NCBI GenBank assembly: GCA_030390025.1
Contig: CM059433.1
Span: forward strand, 17,734,001 to 17,798,000
Source: Squalus acanthias
Lineage: Eukaryota
Direction of reading: 5' to 3'
DNA: 64,000 bases
The notes below the pieces were generated by a model. That model did not search any database and was not told the origin of the DNA. It saw only the letters and a program-made list of their open reading frames with translations. The position numbers and the translations under genes are program-made. Below are positions 39,141-51,946 of the stretch, one piece after another; positions within the stretch are counted from its first letter, which is position 1, and each line of letters opens with the position of its first letter.

Positions 39141-39459
39141 ACCTCAAAGGCAGCAATGTTTCCCACAAGTTCCAACTGTGCCATTGTGAATTAGTCTGCT
39201 GTTCTGGCCGCCACAACCTCCCGTTTTTATGGTGAGTTGCAGGTCTTGCAGCCAATTGCGACACAGGTCAAGCCCTCAGGGCTAAGTTTTTCCTCTGCCT
39301 GCATACTTTTGAAATTAGAGGCAGGGTGCTCATGTCGCAAGATTCACTACTGTCGTCAGCCCCTGAACTGCCAGTGCAGCTCAGTCTACACAATCGGCAG
39401 CACAGACCCATTTTTGCCTGACTCACAAAAAAACAGGGCTACAGCATAAACTGAAGCAC

Positions 39460-39970
39460 AGCAAAAGGAGGAGGCCATTCAGTCCCTCAAGCAATTAGAT
39501 CATGGCTGATCTGTACCTCAACTCTATTGTTCCAAGTCCCTTGATACCCTTACCTAACAAAAATCAATCGATCTCAGTCTTGATAATTTCAATTAGCCGA
39601 GTATCCGCAGCCTTTTAGGGCAGCGAGGTCCAGATTTGCAGTGCCCTTTGTGTAAAAAAAGTGCTTCCTGATTTCACACCTAAATGGCTTAGCTCTAATT
39701 ATGTTCTGGCTTCCCCCACTAGAGGAAATTGTTTCTCTGTATCTAGCCTATTAAGCCCTTAATCATTTTTAATACCTTGGTAAGATCACCTTCTAAACTC
39801 AAATGAATACAAGCCAAGTTTACGCAACCTGTCCTCATAATTTAACCCTTGGAGCTCTGGTATCATTCTGGTGAATCTGCGCTGCACCTTTTCCTGAGGT
39901 TCGGTGCCCAAAACTGAACGCAGTACTCCAGATGAGGTTAGGGTGAGGGTGACCAAGGCTCTGTACAACT
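39460..39970 (-). mobile_element. CR1 3' fragment
   Basis: EKVQRRFTRMIPELQGLNYEDRL...LGLYSFEFRR. Confidence 0.85.
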
Positions 39971-40129
39971 ATGGGGTCAATTCAACACTTCCACGCTCCC
40001 AGTGGGATGGCCACACTCGAATGGAGCACAGATCGGAGAATCAGCACTGCTGTGTTGTAGTTCTGTCACTGAGCTGCAGTTCTGTTAATCATGGTCCCCC
40101 ACTCATTGCGCAGGATCAGTGGATTTATA

Positions 40130-40355
40130 TGGAATCGTGGAATTCTGCAGCACGGAGGGAGGCCATTCAGCCCAGCATGACTGTGCCAGCTTTGTGAAAG
40201 AGCTATCCAATTTGTCCCATTACCATACCTCTTATCCTTTTCAAGTATTTATCTACTTTTAAAAGCTGTTATGGATTCTGATTCCACCACTGTTTCTGGT
40301 AGGGCATTCCATGTCCTAGCGACCCTCTGTGCAAAAGTATTTTTCTAATCTCTCT
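40130..40355 (-). mobile_element. CR1 3' UTR fragment
   Basis: gcacggagggaggccattcagccc... Confidence 0.65.
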
Positions 40356-40633
40356 ATGTTGAAGTGCTTGATGCAATTCTTAATCCAGTCATAAGGCAGA
40401 TACTTGGAATAAAATTCATGTCAACCATTCAAAACAGCTTGCATCTACCATTTTAAAGAGACTGGTGTTGTGACTGTGATGTTAGAATGAAGAAACCATT
40501 AACAGAGGGTAACATACAATTAATGCAGGATATTTGTATATTTATATTATACACTGGTTATTGTAATAGCAGTTTTAAGGCATTTATTATTTTCTGGTCT
40601 TTTCAGTCCCTGGTCTCGGGGCAAGGAGACAAT

Positions 40634-42698
40634 GGCCGCGAAATTCCCTGTAGTAGCGCCAGCCGTTAAGGCTGGTTTACTTGGAAAAAATAGCGGCCGC
40701 CTCGCTTCTGCCCGTTTTCAGTGCGGGACACGGCAGCCGCCATTTTGGAGAGATCGGCAGCGCTGCCATTGCCTGCACTCGCCTCTCCAATATAAATGTG
40801 CAGATCGTGACATCAATCAACGTGAAACGCCTGAATTGACGCGGGACTGTGATTTTGGACATTGCCGCTCTGCATAACGCCCTCTCCAAACCATGCACGG
40901 GAGAGCATGCATGCAACAGTACTACAGAGACGCAGCCAGCACTTCTTAAAGGGACACAAACAAGTTTCGATTTCACCTTTTTTTTTTAATACTTTATTCG
41001 AGTAGTGGCTATACATTCAAAAAGTTATTAAGGTGTGCAGGGAGTGCTGCTGGATGCTTGCAAGGCTTTGGATGTTAAACGAAGACCTCGGAGAAGACCA
41101 CTTGCTCCCAGTCCTGAAGGCGCTAGTTGCAGTCCCCCTTGGGCTGCAACATCACATGGAGATGAAGCAGAGGCAGCAAAGGGGACAAGCTGCTCGCAGA
41201 GGGACAAAGAAGAAGCAGAAAAGGAAGAAGCAGAAGAGGAAGAAACAGAAGGAAGGAGGCAACCTAGACAGCCCCTTTCTGACCGGGATATCCAGGATTG
41301 AATCATCCCAATTCCCCTTTCAAAATTTGCCCCACACCTTACCTTCCCTCTGTGACTGACTATCACAGCATCCTCTTGGCCACAATGCTGAAATAAAAGC
41401 CACCACAAAGCAAACTTTCCAATCCAACGTTATACATCTATTCATCCTATATGACATCAAGAAATCAACTCATCACTCTTGTGCATTCCCTTAGTGATTG
41501 TCTTGTGTGTGCCTTTGCCTATCCTACTGATGTCACGCAGTGTTACCCCAGTGGCTGCAGCATGGCTGGTGGAAGGCTGCTGACTTTCAGTGGGGAACAC
41601 GGCAGATGACCTTGCTGGTTGGCCTTGAGGAACTGGTGGCTGAGAGTGTCAAATCGAGTGATGGTGTTTTCTTTCCTTCTTCACTCTTCTCGGTCAGCCA
41701 CTGGCTGGGAAGGCTGGATTTCTTTGGTGTCTAAAATGAGGAAGGCACAAGGGTAGGGTTGCGGTGAGGGGAGGGCAGGAAAGCAAGACGTGCATGCTTA
41801 CACCATGTGCAGCTTGTACATCAGAAGATATTGTGGGATGAAGGAGAAATGGGATGTGAGAAGGAGGATGGCTCAGCCATGCCCCTGCCAAGAATGGCCA
41901 ACACTGTTTCCTCCAAGGGGGTGAGGTGAAGCTAGGTGTAACTTGTGTTTGGTAGAGAGTGTTGATAGGTGAATGATTGGGGCGTGGTTGGGGGGGTTGT
42001 GTGCATTGAGCAGTGTGTGAGGCTCGTTGTGCAGTTGGTAGGAGACGGCTTTTGAAGATGCATTCACTGACCTTGACCAGTCATCTGAGGTCATGAAACT
42101 TCTTTGGTCACTGGAGCCAGATCCTGGGGGTGACACTGCTGGCAGTGACGGGCTCAGCGATCTGGTCCCACATCCTTCTTTCTGGAGACACCCCCCCCCC
42201 CCGGCCCCCTGTAGGTAGAGGACCTCTCTTGCAGTGTTGACCCCCTGCACAAAGCTCAAGTGCTGCGTCCGAGATGCTGGGTGCCCTTTTCCTGGCCTGT
42301 TGAGCCATTTGTGTTCATGCTGAAACACTTTTAGCATTTTTTATGTGCAGATGGCAGTTCAGCTTTCAGAGCTGAAGACTGCCTCGTTTGGAATGATTTT
42401 TAATTTTTTTTTCAGAAGGCAGTTTCGCTTTAAGAGCTCGAGACTGCTTTCTAAAATGGCAGCCTTGCTTTAAGAGAATGCAGCCTCGCTCCAGGGATGC
42501 CACAGCGACCCGACATTGGGTCTCCCGCTGAGCGCACAGCCTGAAGCAGCGCGTTCGTTGCTAGGCTGTGCGCTGAAATCATTCCAATCAGCTGGCAGCG
42601 CCAAAATAACGTGCCGCCTGCGATTTTCAAACGGGCACGAGCAAATCTCGCCCCGCAGTGCCACCATCCGTTTTCGGGCCTTATCAAATTTCTAGGCC
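40634..42698. mobile_element. PIF/Harbinger non-autonomous element (~2.07 kb) with Myb/SANT exon remnant
   Basis: TIR ggccgcgaaatt / aatttctaggcc; AAT TSD; minus strand MAQQARKRAPSISDAALE...MWDQIAEPVTASSVTPRIWLQ*.KKFHDL. Confidence 0.85.
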
Positions 42699-44228
42699 AA
42701 TCTTTTCTCAGGCCTCTGCCATTGCAAGTACTATAAGATAACCACTGGAGAGTGTACCAGAGTGGCCTGGTTGTACTCACTGTTTCCCAAATACTGGAGA
42801 GATGGTGACACACTGTGTCGGGAACTATAGGTACACTGTGTGTATATGTGTACACACACACATGCACATAATGCATGCTGTGCCATGCAGTGGTAGGGTC
42901 TGGATTCACAGTCAAGCCTCTGATTCCCAATGACTGAATATAAGCAGCATGGATGGAGCGCAGATCGGGTATCCAGCCTGTCCTATTGGCCAGTGATGGT
43001 GTAATGGTGGAAACTGAAAAGGGTGAAGTAAAAATGACTTACAGAGAGGGGAAAAGAAAGAATGAGAATAAAAGCAAAGTGGCATCTGAAAAAAGAAAAC
43101 ACATCGTTTCCAGCAAATCACTTTGAACGTGCCACTGAGAACTGTAGCCCAAGCACGAGTCCCCAGTTGTGTGCCATATGAACCTGTGCCATAGTGCTGG
43201 ACCCAGAGATAACTGAAACCTCAAGCAGCAGAAGGGCTGGGAAGCTGAATCAGTGAAAGCCTTTGAACAAGCCTCTTCTGGTGAGTCGAACACCGAGTGG
43301 GATTGATGTTACTTCATTGACTGCCAGTGTTAAACATAACCTGTTTCTCTGCGCCCCCACGTCCTCCCGGACTTGTGTGAGTTGCAGCTACAGTGTTGTC
43401 TTGGTGGAACATTGACATGGCCTCTGGTATTGTGTTCAGCACTGCTGAAATAATATGGAATTGTCCCACAAGACTTAATCATAATCTTTCCGCAAGTTTC
43501 AACATAGATGACTTGAAGATGTGTATAACTTGAAATCTTAGGCATCACAGTAAGTTCAGACTGAAGGAGATGCCATATTTGCTGCAACTCTCGTGCTAGT
43601 GTTTTTGCTTAGTAATTAATTGAAACAGGCATTTAATAAGTGCATCTCTAGCACTACATGCACCAGCTTTAAAGGTGGCCATGTCAAATTGCAAGCTGTG
43701 TTACCATGGTTAAAAAAAAGTTTTCATATACTTATTGGCAGCTACCATGATTACATTTTACACAAGTATGGTGCAATCTAGTTTGAACATTAGGACATGT
43801 CAATATCATCCTTCTCAGCTTAATTAAGGTGCTTTGTTACCCACCTGTACCCATACAAATGGCAGGTAGAAATGCAAGTCTACCTCTATTGAGAATAAAG
43901 TTTTTAAATAGCGTTGAAGCTATGGTTTACAGGTAAAACTTCTATTCACAGTGGAGCCGTTATAAAACATGGTCTTACCTCAGGTTCACCACATAGCGAG
44001 TTCCTATTAACAGCCTGGCTATCGAGCAAAAGTTCCGAATGGAGACAAGTTGCTTCCCTCAAAGACAGCAAAAATCAGGGCAGGCAAGTCATTTGCTGCT
44101 ATTTCTCAACACCTGATGGTCGGTTGAGAAATAGTTTTGATAGAGGCTCAGGAGTAATTTGCCAGTCCATCCTCATGATCTGGCAATGGTGTATTGGAGC
44201 GATGTGATCTAAAAGAGGGAGGAATATA

Positions 44229-44672
44229 GGGACGAAATTGGGTGCCTTTGCGCCTCCCATTAGCGCCCCCGGCTTTGCGACCAGGCGCGGCGCTGACATC
44301 AACTCCCGCCATATTCGGCGGGAGTTTTGCGGTGGCACTGCTGCGTTGCGCCCCGATCTCCTTCGCCGTAGATCATGAAGTCATCGCCGGGCGCATCGCC
44401 CCGGTAGCGCCCCGGACCCGAAATTGACTTCCACCCTCTTCAGCAGCGCCGGTCGAAAACACCGACAGCTGCAGGAGGCGTGCATCGGGCGGCCGGCCGC
44501 TTCGGGGGCGATGATTAAAGGTGAGGTGGCCGAGGTAAGTGGGAAAAAAACTGACCTTTCTTGTTCCAGTTTTTTTCGCGTGTTCTTGCCCGTGATCGAT
44601 CAGCCCAGCACTCTGAGTGCTGGGCTGATTGCGCGGGATCGCGGCTGCCTTGGTGGTCCAGGTAGGTACTAT
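44229..44672. mobile_element. Harbinger-type MITE fragment (related to 15569-16235)
   Basis: Starts gggacgaaattgg; shares the gcgcctcccattagcgcccc motif; CpG-rich. Confidence 0.65.
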
Positions 44673-45067
44673 GGGGGAGAAATTCACTATCGCCCCGACA
44701 GGGGCACTAATTTTTAAAAGTTTGAAAAGTTAGCGCCAGGCGCTAACGATTTCAAACTTTTGAAAAATTCGCCGTTTGCGCTCCAAGAAGGAAGTGGAGC
44801 GCTAAATCAAGCGGAGGGACCTTTAAGTGAGGGAAGGAGCCTTTGAACGTGGCAGCGCTGCACGGCCCAGTGTGCAGTGCTGCTGAAGTCTCCGCCCCGC
44901 CTACTGCTGATTGCGCTCCACGAAGGAAGTCAAGCGATTGATTTAGCGCTTCACTTCCTTCTTGGAGCGCAAACGGTGAATTTTTCAAAAGTTTGAAATG
45001 CCTGGTGCTAACTTTTCAAACTTTTAAAAATTGGCACCCCAAACGGGGCGATAGTGAATTTCTCCCC
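44673..45067. mobile_element. Fold-back MITE with ~135-bp inverted arms
   Basis: 44673-44810 is an imperfect reverse complement of 44938-45067; termini ggggagaaattcactatcgcccc. Confidence 0.85.
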
Positions 45068-45090
45068 AAAAACAGAGTAAGAAACATATT

Positions 45091-45850
45091 GGCCTAGAAA
45101 TTCGGGTGGCCGGCTTGCCGCGGGGGTAAGGATCGCGCGCGCTCTTACCTACCGCGCCTGCCGTTGTGTTTCGGGCCCACAGGAACTTCGGGTCCTGGGC
45201 CGCTCCCTAGTGCCGGCGCGCAGTGCTTGCGTGTCCCAGGGGCGCAGTTAGTGCGATGCGACTCCTGGGATCACATGGGCCATGGAGAGCCAATGGCAGC
45301 AGACCATCTTTCATTCATAGATTTGACACCTGTCAAATTTGTGAATTGAAATCAGCCCCAAAAGAACAGCTAAACCTCAAATAAATTTTTTTTAAAAACC
45401 ATCACATTAATAAAATAACTATAGTTAAATAAATTAACCACTTTAAACAAAAATTAAAATTTTTGAAATTTTTTTAATTCTTTTTAAAAGTTATAAAAAT
45501 AAACTTACCTTTCTTTAAAGTCTCTAAAAAAGATAAACCTGTTGAAAAAAATTTAAAATTATACTTAATTAACTACTTACCTTGTTCAAAAGGGGTCTTA
45601 CGCTTCCTTTTTACTTGTGTAAAATCTTCCATACTTACCCTCGCGTTGAAACCTGAAAAAAAACCTAAGTGTGCTGCATGCGCGCAGCCTCTAGTGCGCA
45701 CGCGGTTCACCTAGGAACCGCCCCCTTCGCCATACCGGAAGTGCCGGTTTCCCGCACATGTGCAGTGCATGCAGGAAACCGGCACTTCGGGACCGAATAC
45801 GGGTGAGTACGCAGCGGGTACTCTCCCGAGAACGGCCGAATTTTTGGGCC
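45091..45850 (+). mobile_element. Harbinger-type MITE family B
   Basis: Collinear with 23337-24101; termini ggcctagaaattcg / cgaatttttgggcc. Confidence 0.88.
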
Positions 45851-46617
45851 AGTATATATTTCGAGCAACCATGGTTTTGAAAGTGTCCAAAATGATGGTT
45901 TTTCTTCGGATGTGTAATTGTGGTGCCATTTTTCTTAATTCCAAATTTCTAGTGCAATCTCTGATTATTTTGTATCTCAAAGGCCCACGCAAAGCATTAT
46001 AGCTGCACCAGTCATGATGAGGAGACACAAATCTATCTGTTGGCAGTGGCCCAGCTTGTAGATTCTTCACGCTGTACTATTGTCAGAACATGTGCCATCT
46101 CTACACTGCCAGTACGGTCCATTTGAGCTTCAGTGACTGTGTGAATGGGTTGCCCTGCAGCGCATTCCTCTACAGGGTGCATGTTCAAAAGCAGCGTCAC
46201 TGCTCTGTACCAGGCTACGGGAGAGAGGAATAAAAATACATTTTATATTTACAAACTGTAAGCAGCTATTTCAGAGCTTTAGTAGCGAACTTGTTCTGTC
46301 TCATGAAGAGTGGAAATTGTAATGAGATTATTAAAATTCTTTTGAAAAAAACAGGAAAACATTTAAGACTGGGAAAAGCACACCTTTCGTTATTAGTAAG
46401 ACCTGAATTTATTTCTTTGCAAAAATCAAATATGGAGGGGGGAAATGTTTTATTAAGTAAAGGAATATACAACAGGAGGGAGAGGCTTAAAAGATTTAAA
46501 AAGGTCTACCATCAATGCAATGTTGATAGTAAAGGTTCTTAACATGTTCCGTGACTACATTCTTCACAATAACATGTAACTCAGTGTCATGGTTAAACTA
46601 CATTTCACTTAGTCCTA

Positions 46618-47270
46618 CAAAAAGAAAATACTGCAGATGCTGGAAATCTGAAATAAAAACAGAAAATGCTGGAGACACTCAGCAGGTCAGGCAGCATCTG
46701 TGAAGAGAGAAACAGAGTTAACCTTTCAGGTCGATGACCTTTCGTCAGAACTGGAAAAAAGCAGGAAATGGAACAGGTTTTAAGCAAGTGTAGGAGCTGG
46801 GAAAGGGGGGAGGGGATGAAAGAACAAAAGGGGAGGTCTGTGATAGGATAGAAGGCAGGAGAGGTTAAGAGACATTAAGAGATATTCAAGGCAAAAGGAG
46901 AAGGTAATGGGACAGGTTAAGAAACAAAAGATGGCTGTAGATGAAGAGTAAATTGCGCTGGCAGAATGAAAGACAGCTGCCATGTGGGAGAGAAGAAAAG
47001 AAAACACAAACAAAAAAAGAACAAAAAAAAAGTGTGGAAAAAAAATATATATGATAGGGGCCAAGGTTATGATCTGAAATTGTTGAACTCTATGTTGAGT
47101 CCAGAAGGCTGTAAAGTGCCTAATCGAAAGATGAGGTGCTGTTCCTCGAGCTTACGTTGAGCTTCAGTGGAACAATGTAAGAGGTCTAGGATGGTGAAAT
47201 CTGAGTGGGAGTGGAGCGGAGAATTAAAGTGACAGGCGACCGGAAGCTCGGGGTCCCCCTTCCGGACGGA
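46618..47270 (-). mobile_element. Penelope-like element 3' end (endonuclease C-terminus, 3' repeat, hammerhead core)
   Basis: Minus strand ELPVACHFNS...EAQRKLEEQHLIFRLGTLQPSGLNIEFNNFRS*; ctgacgaaaggtcatcgacctgaaa; a tail remnant of the same family lies at ~870-915. Confidence 0.85.
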
Positions 47271-47580
47271 GTCTTTCCTTCCTGGTACAATCTACAGGAT
47301 TTCATACCCCTAAGTGTCACTTAATCATTACTACTTTATTTACCTTATCTCTTTTGGATCTTGGTGATGTCTTGCACTGCAGACCCTAGCCCTTCACCGC
47401 TGTTTCTCAATTTAACAAGCGATAGATAGTTTTAATGGTTCATAATTTAAATATGTATGTTTATTCCACTGATTTTCGCTATAGATTACATTAGGCTCAC
47501 TAGTGGCGAGGAACGGTTTCCATCCATTAGACCAAACAGTTTGGTTGGTAAAACATTTTAAAATGAGAACTAGACACTAA

Positions 47581-48424
47581 GGGCTGGATTTTCCAAGCCC
47601 CGAGGAGGCGGGCATGGAGGCGGGACTGCTGGTAAAGTAGCAGAAAGTGGGGGCGGTTGGCAAACCCGCCCCCGTCCCGCCTCCGTGCCCTTTTGCCAGG
47701 AGGCGGGAAGATGTGCTGCTTCGGGTCCCGTCTCCTGGAGGCGGGAAAGGCATTAAATACTTTAACTGCCTGTTAACAGGTAGTTAACAGGCAGAAAAAA
47801 GGATTAGTGCCATTTTACCTTCACAGGTGAAGGCTTCCCGACCTCGGAGAACCCCGTCGGGTTGGAGGAGACGTGAAGGAGGTCTGCGGCGGTCGGAGGC
47901 ACCTGGAAGTAAGATGTAGAGGTGAGTGATGGGTGCAAGTGTGGAGTGGTAAGTATGTAAGGTGAGTGATAAGTGTAAAAAATGTTCGCTTACCTTGTTT
48001 TCTTCCTACAACCTTCATCCTCTCTGGATCGGGAGACCCGACATCCTCGTTGTCAATTTCACAGACTGGCTGTTGGATCCTCCGAACCAGCAGCTATCCG
48101 AAATCGACAAAGTTGAAAGGTTTGATGAGTCCTGAACACAAGGACTCATCAAACTACAGAGAATGTCAGTGTTTGACAGCTTCACAGAGCTGTCAAACGC
48201 TGACATTTCTTCTTCCAATAAGTATTGACAGATAGCACGTTTGACGTTGACTTGCTCTGTCAGTGACTTCCTCCCTAATTGGCCTGCTGACCCTGCAGGA
48301 CGGGCTTAACAAGGTCAATCAGGGAAAAATCCCTCTGGTTGGTCAGACGAGGATGGAGGCGGGACATTGGCACGACAAGCAGCAGTCCCGCCTCCAACTC
48401 GTCTCCATTGAGAAAATCCAGCCC
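47581..48424. mobile_element. Harbinger-type MITE
   Basis: Perfect TIR gggctggattttc / gaaaatccagccc; flanks taa/aaa. Confidence 0.85.
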
Positions 48425-49604
48425 AAAAGTCTGACTTTTAAAGCAGAAGTTCATTTTTTACATTTATAATTTTTGTCTTATGATCGTGATACATTAATTT
48501 TTACGGTTTTCAAATAATCTTCATCAATAAATCAGAACTCATTCCATGACTCTTACCCCTCTCTCGCTACCTGTCTAGTTTTGGGCAAAACAGAGCAGGA
48601 TGTGGTGTTGTCTCTGCACGAGCCTGGCCTCAAACCTCAATCAGGTTAATTAATTAATTAATATTCTTATGGATTAAGTAAGTGGGAATAGCGTCTGTGA
48701 TAGAGCACATTGTACATGGGCTGTAGATAGAATGGACGATGGGCTGAATGTCCTTGTCTCATTCCGTACTTGTATTATTGCAGTGAATAAAACAATGCTA
48801 CCTGAAGCAAACTGATTATATGTTGTGCAGGTTTTTTGATTGAAGCATTTTAACATTAATGTAACAGAATGTTACGGTACTACATTTTTAACTTCTAAGA
48901 GTAAATGCAGTGGATTGAACTTAGGAAAAGATTCCATTTACATAGAATTTACAGCACAGAAACAGGCTGTTCGGCCCAACTGGTCTGTGCTGGTGTTTAT
49001 GCTCCATATGAGCCTCCTCCCACCCGACTTCATCTCACCCTCACACACAAGTTGCTTGACATGCTTGCTGTGTTGTGTTATATTAAAGGAATATTACCAC
49101 TCCAGAAAGGGGCCTGGAAAAAGCTGTCTTTTGTGTGACTTACATTCAAGAAAAATCATTGTGATGAACTTTGCATAAATACATTCATTTAATTTGCACC
49201 GAAAAAATGTAATCATAGAGCTTGCACGTGATTATATTAATCATGACTTAACCTTTCTCTATAAAATGCTATATGACCAGCAAGTTAATATGAACTGGTG
49301 TTCTGAATTTCCCTGTGCCTTAGATATTATCCCAGGTTAAGCATCACTGCTCTCTTGCATAAGCAGACCCCGTGAACTTTATGACCAGGAGATTGCTTCA
49401 ACTACCCAATACCTAGATGTAGTATAGCTTGATTTGGGGGTGTAACAATTGAGAGTCCCATACTATATTTCATAAGACTGGATACTGTATTCCTCTGCAT
49501 ATGTTCTCGCATGCACTTCTCCAATCTTTCAAAAAGCGGAGTGATTACACTTTAGTAAGAAAAGGCCAGGTATGATTCCATTTACATAGCCAGATAAAGC
49601 ATTT

Positions 49605-49726
49605 TTGCAGGGCTACGGGGAAAGGGTGGGAGAGTGGGACTAGCTGAAGTGCTCTTGCAGAGAGCCGGCACGGGCTCAACGGGCCGAATGGCCTCCTTCT
49701 GTGCTGTAACCATTCTATGATTCTGT
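49605..49726 (+). mobile_element. CR1 3' UTR
   Basis: gcagggctacggggaaagg...gggccgaatggcctccttctgtgctgtaaccattctatgattct. Confidence 0.85.
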
Positions 49727-49872
49727 GAATCATTAAGTTGCTGTATTTTACCGTCAGTAAGTGAATGGAATGTACAGACTCAGTCAGAGCCAAATTCATC
49801 TTACTTCAAGTGAACCAGTCTCTCCACATAATGAAGATTACAGTAAGCCACACTACGCTGTCTTGGTTAAAG

Positions 49873-50156
49873 GGCTAAGCAACACTTTAGTTGGGTGAAT
49901 TCGATCACTGAATCAGACCAAGGCTTATTCTAGGCCTGTTTCAGCTTTCTTCTTAAAGTAGGTTGGTCTGGGCCCTTCCGGCTCCTCTTGTCATCTGACC
50001 TCAAACATGTGTTCATCTTTTTTTCTTTGTTCTGTCCCTGTACAGGAAGTTTGGCAGTTTGATCCATGATTCCTTCCCTGTCCAGGGGTTGGCCAGTCGA
50101 GCTGCTTATTAAGCTCGCTACTTCCCCCTTTGGATGTGGATTTCTTAAAACTAACT
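49873..50156. repeat. Diverged direct repeat, copy 1
   Basis: Collinear blocks shared with 51947-52230 (ggctaagca, atcactga.tcaga.caagg, cctcaaacat, caggaagtttg, tgattccttccctgtcc, ttggccag, cttaaaactaact). Confidence 0.85.
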
Positions 50157-50359
50157 TCTAGGGTTAGAGATTCCGCTTTGGGAGCAATCGGCAATTGCGC
50201 TCAAAATTGCGTTAGTTTTCCAAATTGAAATTTTTGCTCAAACTCATTTGCATATCAAACGGAAAATCTTCCCTGAACCAGCGCAATCAGCCAACGTTTT
50301 AGAACTTAATTTTTGTTTTTTAAATTTGCATTAAAAAATATCCCTTGATATATTTAAAT

Positions 50360-51937
50360 AGGCAGTATAGCATAGTTTATTATTTTCTTCATTATGAGGA
50401 ATAACTGGAGTTAAGTTGAAGTAAGGTGAGGGTGAAGTTCACTATAAGTGTTATGCTCTACATTCACTTGCTGACTGCAAAATAAAACAGCTGAATAATT
50501 CGTTTCTGGCCTTGTCTCACTAATGTGTTAATCATTCTTCTTTTCAGATATCCTTGCGAGCATTACAAGTATCCAGTCCATATAGTGAGGGTGGTCTCAT
50601 CGTTTCACCCTCTGGGGTCACCCTAGTGGGGGTATCTAGAACTAGGGAGCATAGTTTCAGAATAAGGGGTCGCCCATTTAAAACGGAGATGAGTAGGAAA
50701 TTCTTCTCTCAGAGGGTCGTGAATCTTTGGACTTCTCTACCACAGAGAGCTGTAGAGGCAGAGTCATTGAATATATTCAAGGCGGAGATTGACAGACATT
50801 TGAACTACAAGGGAGTCGAGGGGTATGGGGAGAGAGCGGGAAAGTGGTGTTGAGGCCAAGATTGGATCAGCCATGATCTTGTTGAATGGCGGAGCAGGCT
50901 CGAGGGGCCGATTGGCCTACTCCTGCTCCTGTTTCTTATGTATGTAAGGGCAGCCATCGGTGGAAGCCAGCGGTAACACTCAGCTACCATCTCAGGATGA
51001 AGCTGGAGTTGCATGGTAGTCCAGCCACAGGGGCAGTGCAGGCAATTCAGGACCTGTTACACAGTGTAGGCACACCCGTCACACTATACGTGGACCCATG
51101 GTTGGAACGGTGAGTCGGAGGTGGACAGCACAGGCTTTGCACATCTCTCTGGCAGGTCTCCATAAAGCTGTGGACACCTGGGGTCCAAGTGGATTGGCAG
51201 TCATGGTAGCATGCCTAGTTTTCAAGGTTGAATCATTAAGCTCAAACATGAGGGACCTTCCTCGGAGGAGGGAGATCCTCCACTTTCAGGATTTTCAACC
51301 TTTTTATGATGGAAGGATTCAGGTGTGATGTATGTTAAAGTTTTTATGTTTAACTTAAAGTGAAGTAAAAGATCAAGGAATTGCAAGTACAAATTACGTC
51401 CAGTGCACATTGAGTTTGCATGATCATTTGCACTAATTTAAAAAACATCGCACTGGAAGCCAGCCCCGCCCACAAAACTGGTCACACCCCCGAATAAATT
51501 ACTCACCATGTTTCTGCTAACTGCGCCCGCTTGACAACCTTTGAGGAGGCTCTTAAAATTAAGCTTTTTTTTTTAGATGCAAGGACACTAATAGGCACCT
51601 TTAAAAGCTTTTAAATATTAAAAAATATTTAATTTACTAAGAAAATGATTACTGTACACCAATGAAACTAGTAAGCGGTTCTGTAAAGTTTTTTGAAGTC
51701 ACTTTCAGTTATTTAAAATCTGGTTACTCACAGATGGTGGACTAGGCACTCAGACTAAAAATGCTTATTTTTTGTGATAAACCCATTTTCAGCTGTATTA
51801 ATAAATTTGCATATATTTATTATCAGCAAGTGAATGTAGAGCATAACACTTATAGTGAACTTCACCCTCACCTTACTTCAACTTAACTCCAGTTATTCCT
51901 CATAATGAAGAAAATAATAAACTATGCTGTACTGCCT
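50360..51937. mobile_element. Segment bounded by 115-bp inverted repeats (candidate long-TIR DNA transposon)
   Basis: 50360-50474 versus 51823-51937: one mismatch; no evident TSD. Confidence 0.65.
50625..50945 (+). mobile_element. CR1 3' fragment inside the long-IR segment
   Basis: SRTREHSFRIRGRPFKTEMSRKFFSQRVVNLW plus 3' UTR. Confidence 0.9.
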
Positions 51938-51946
51938 CACTTAGCA

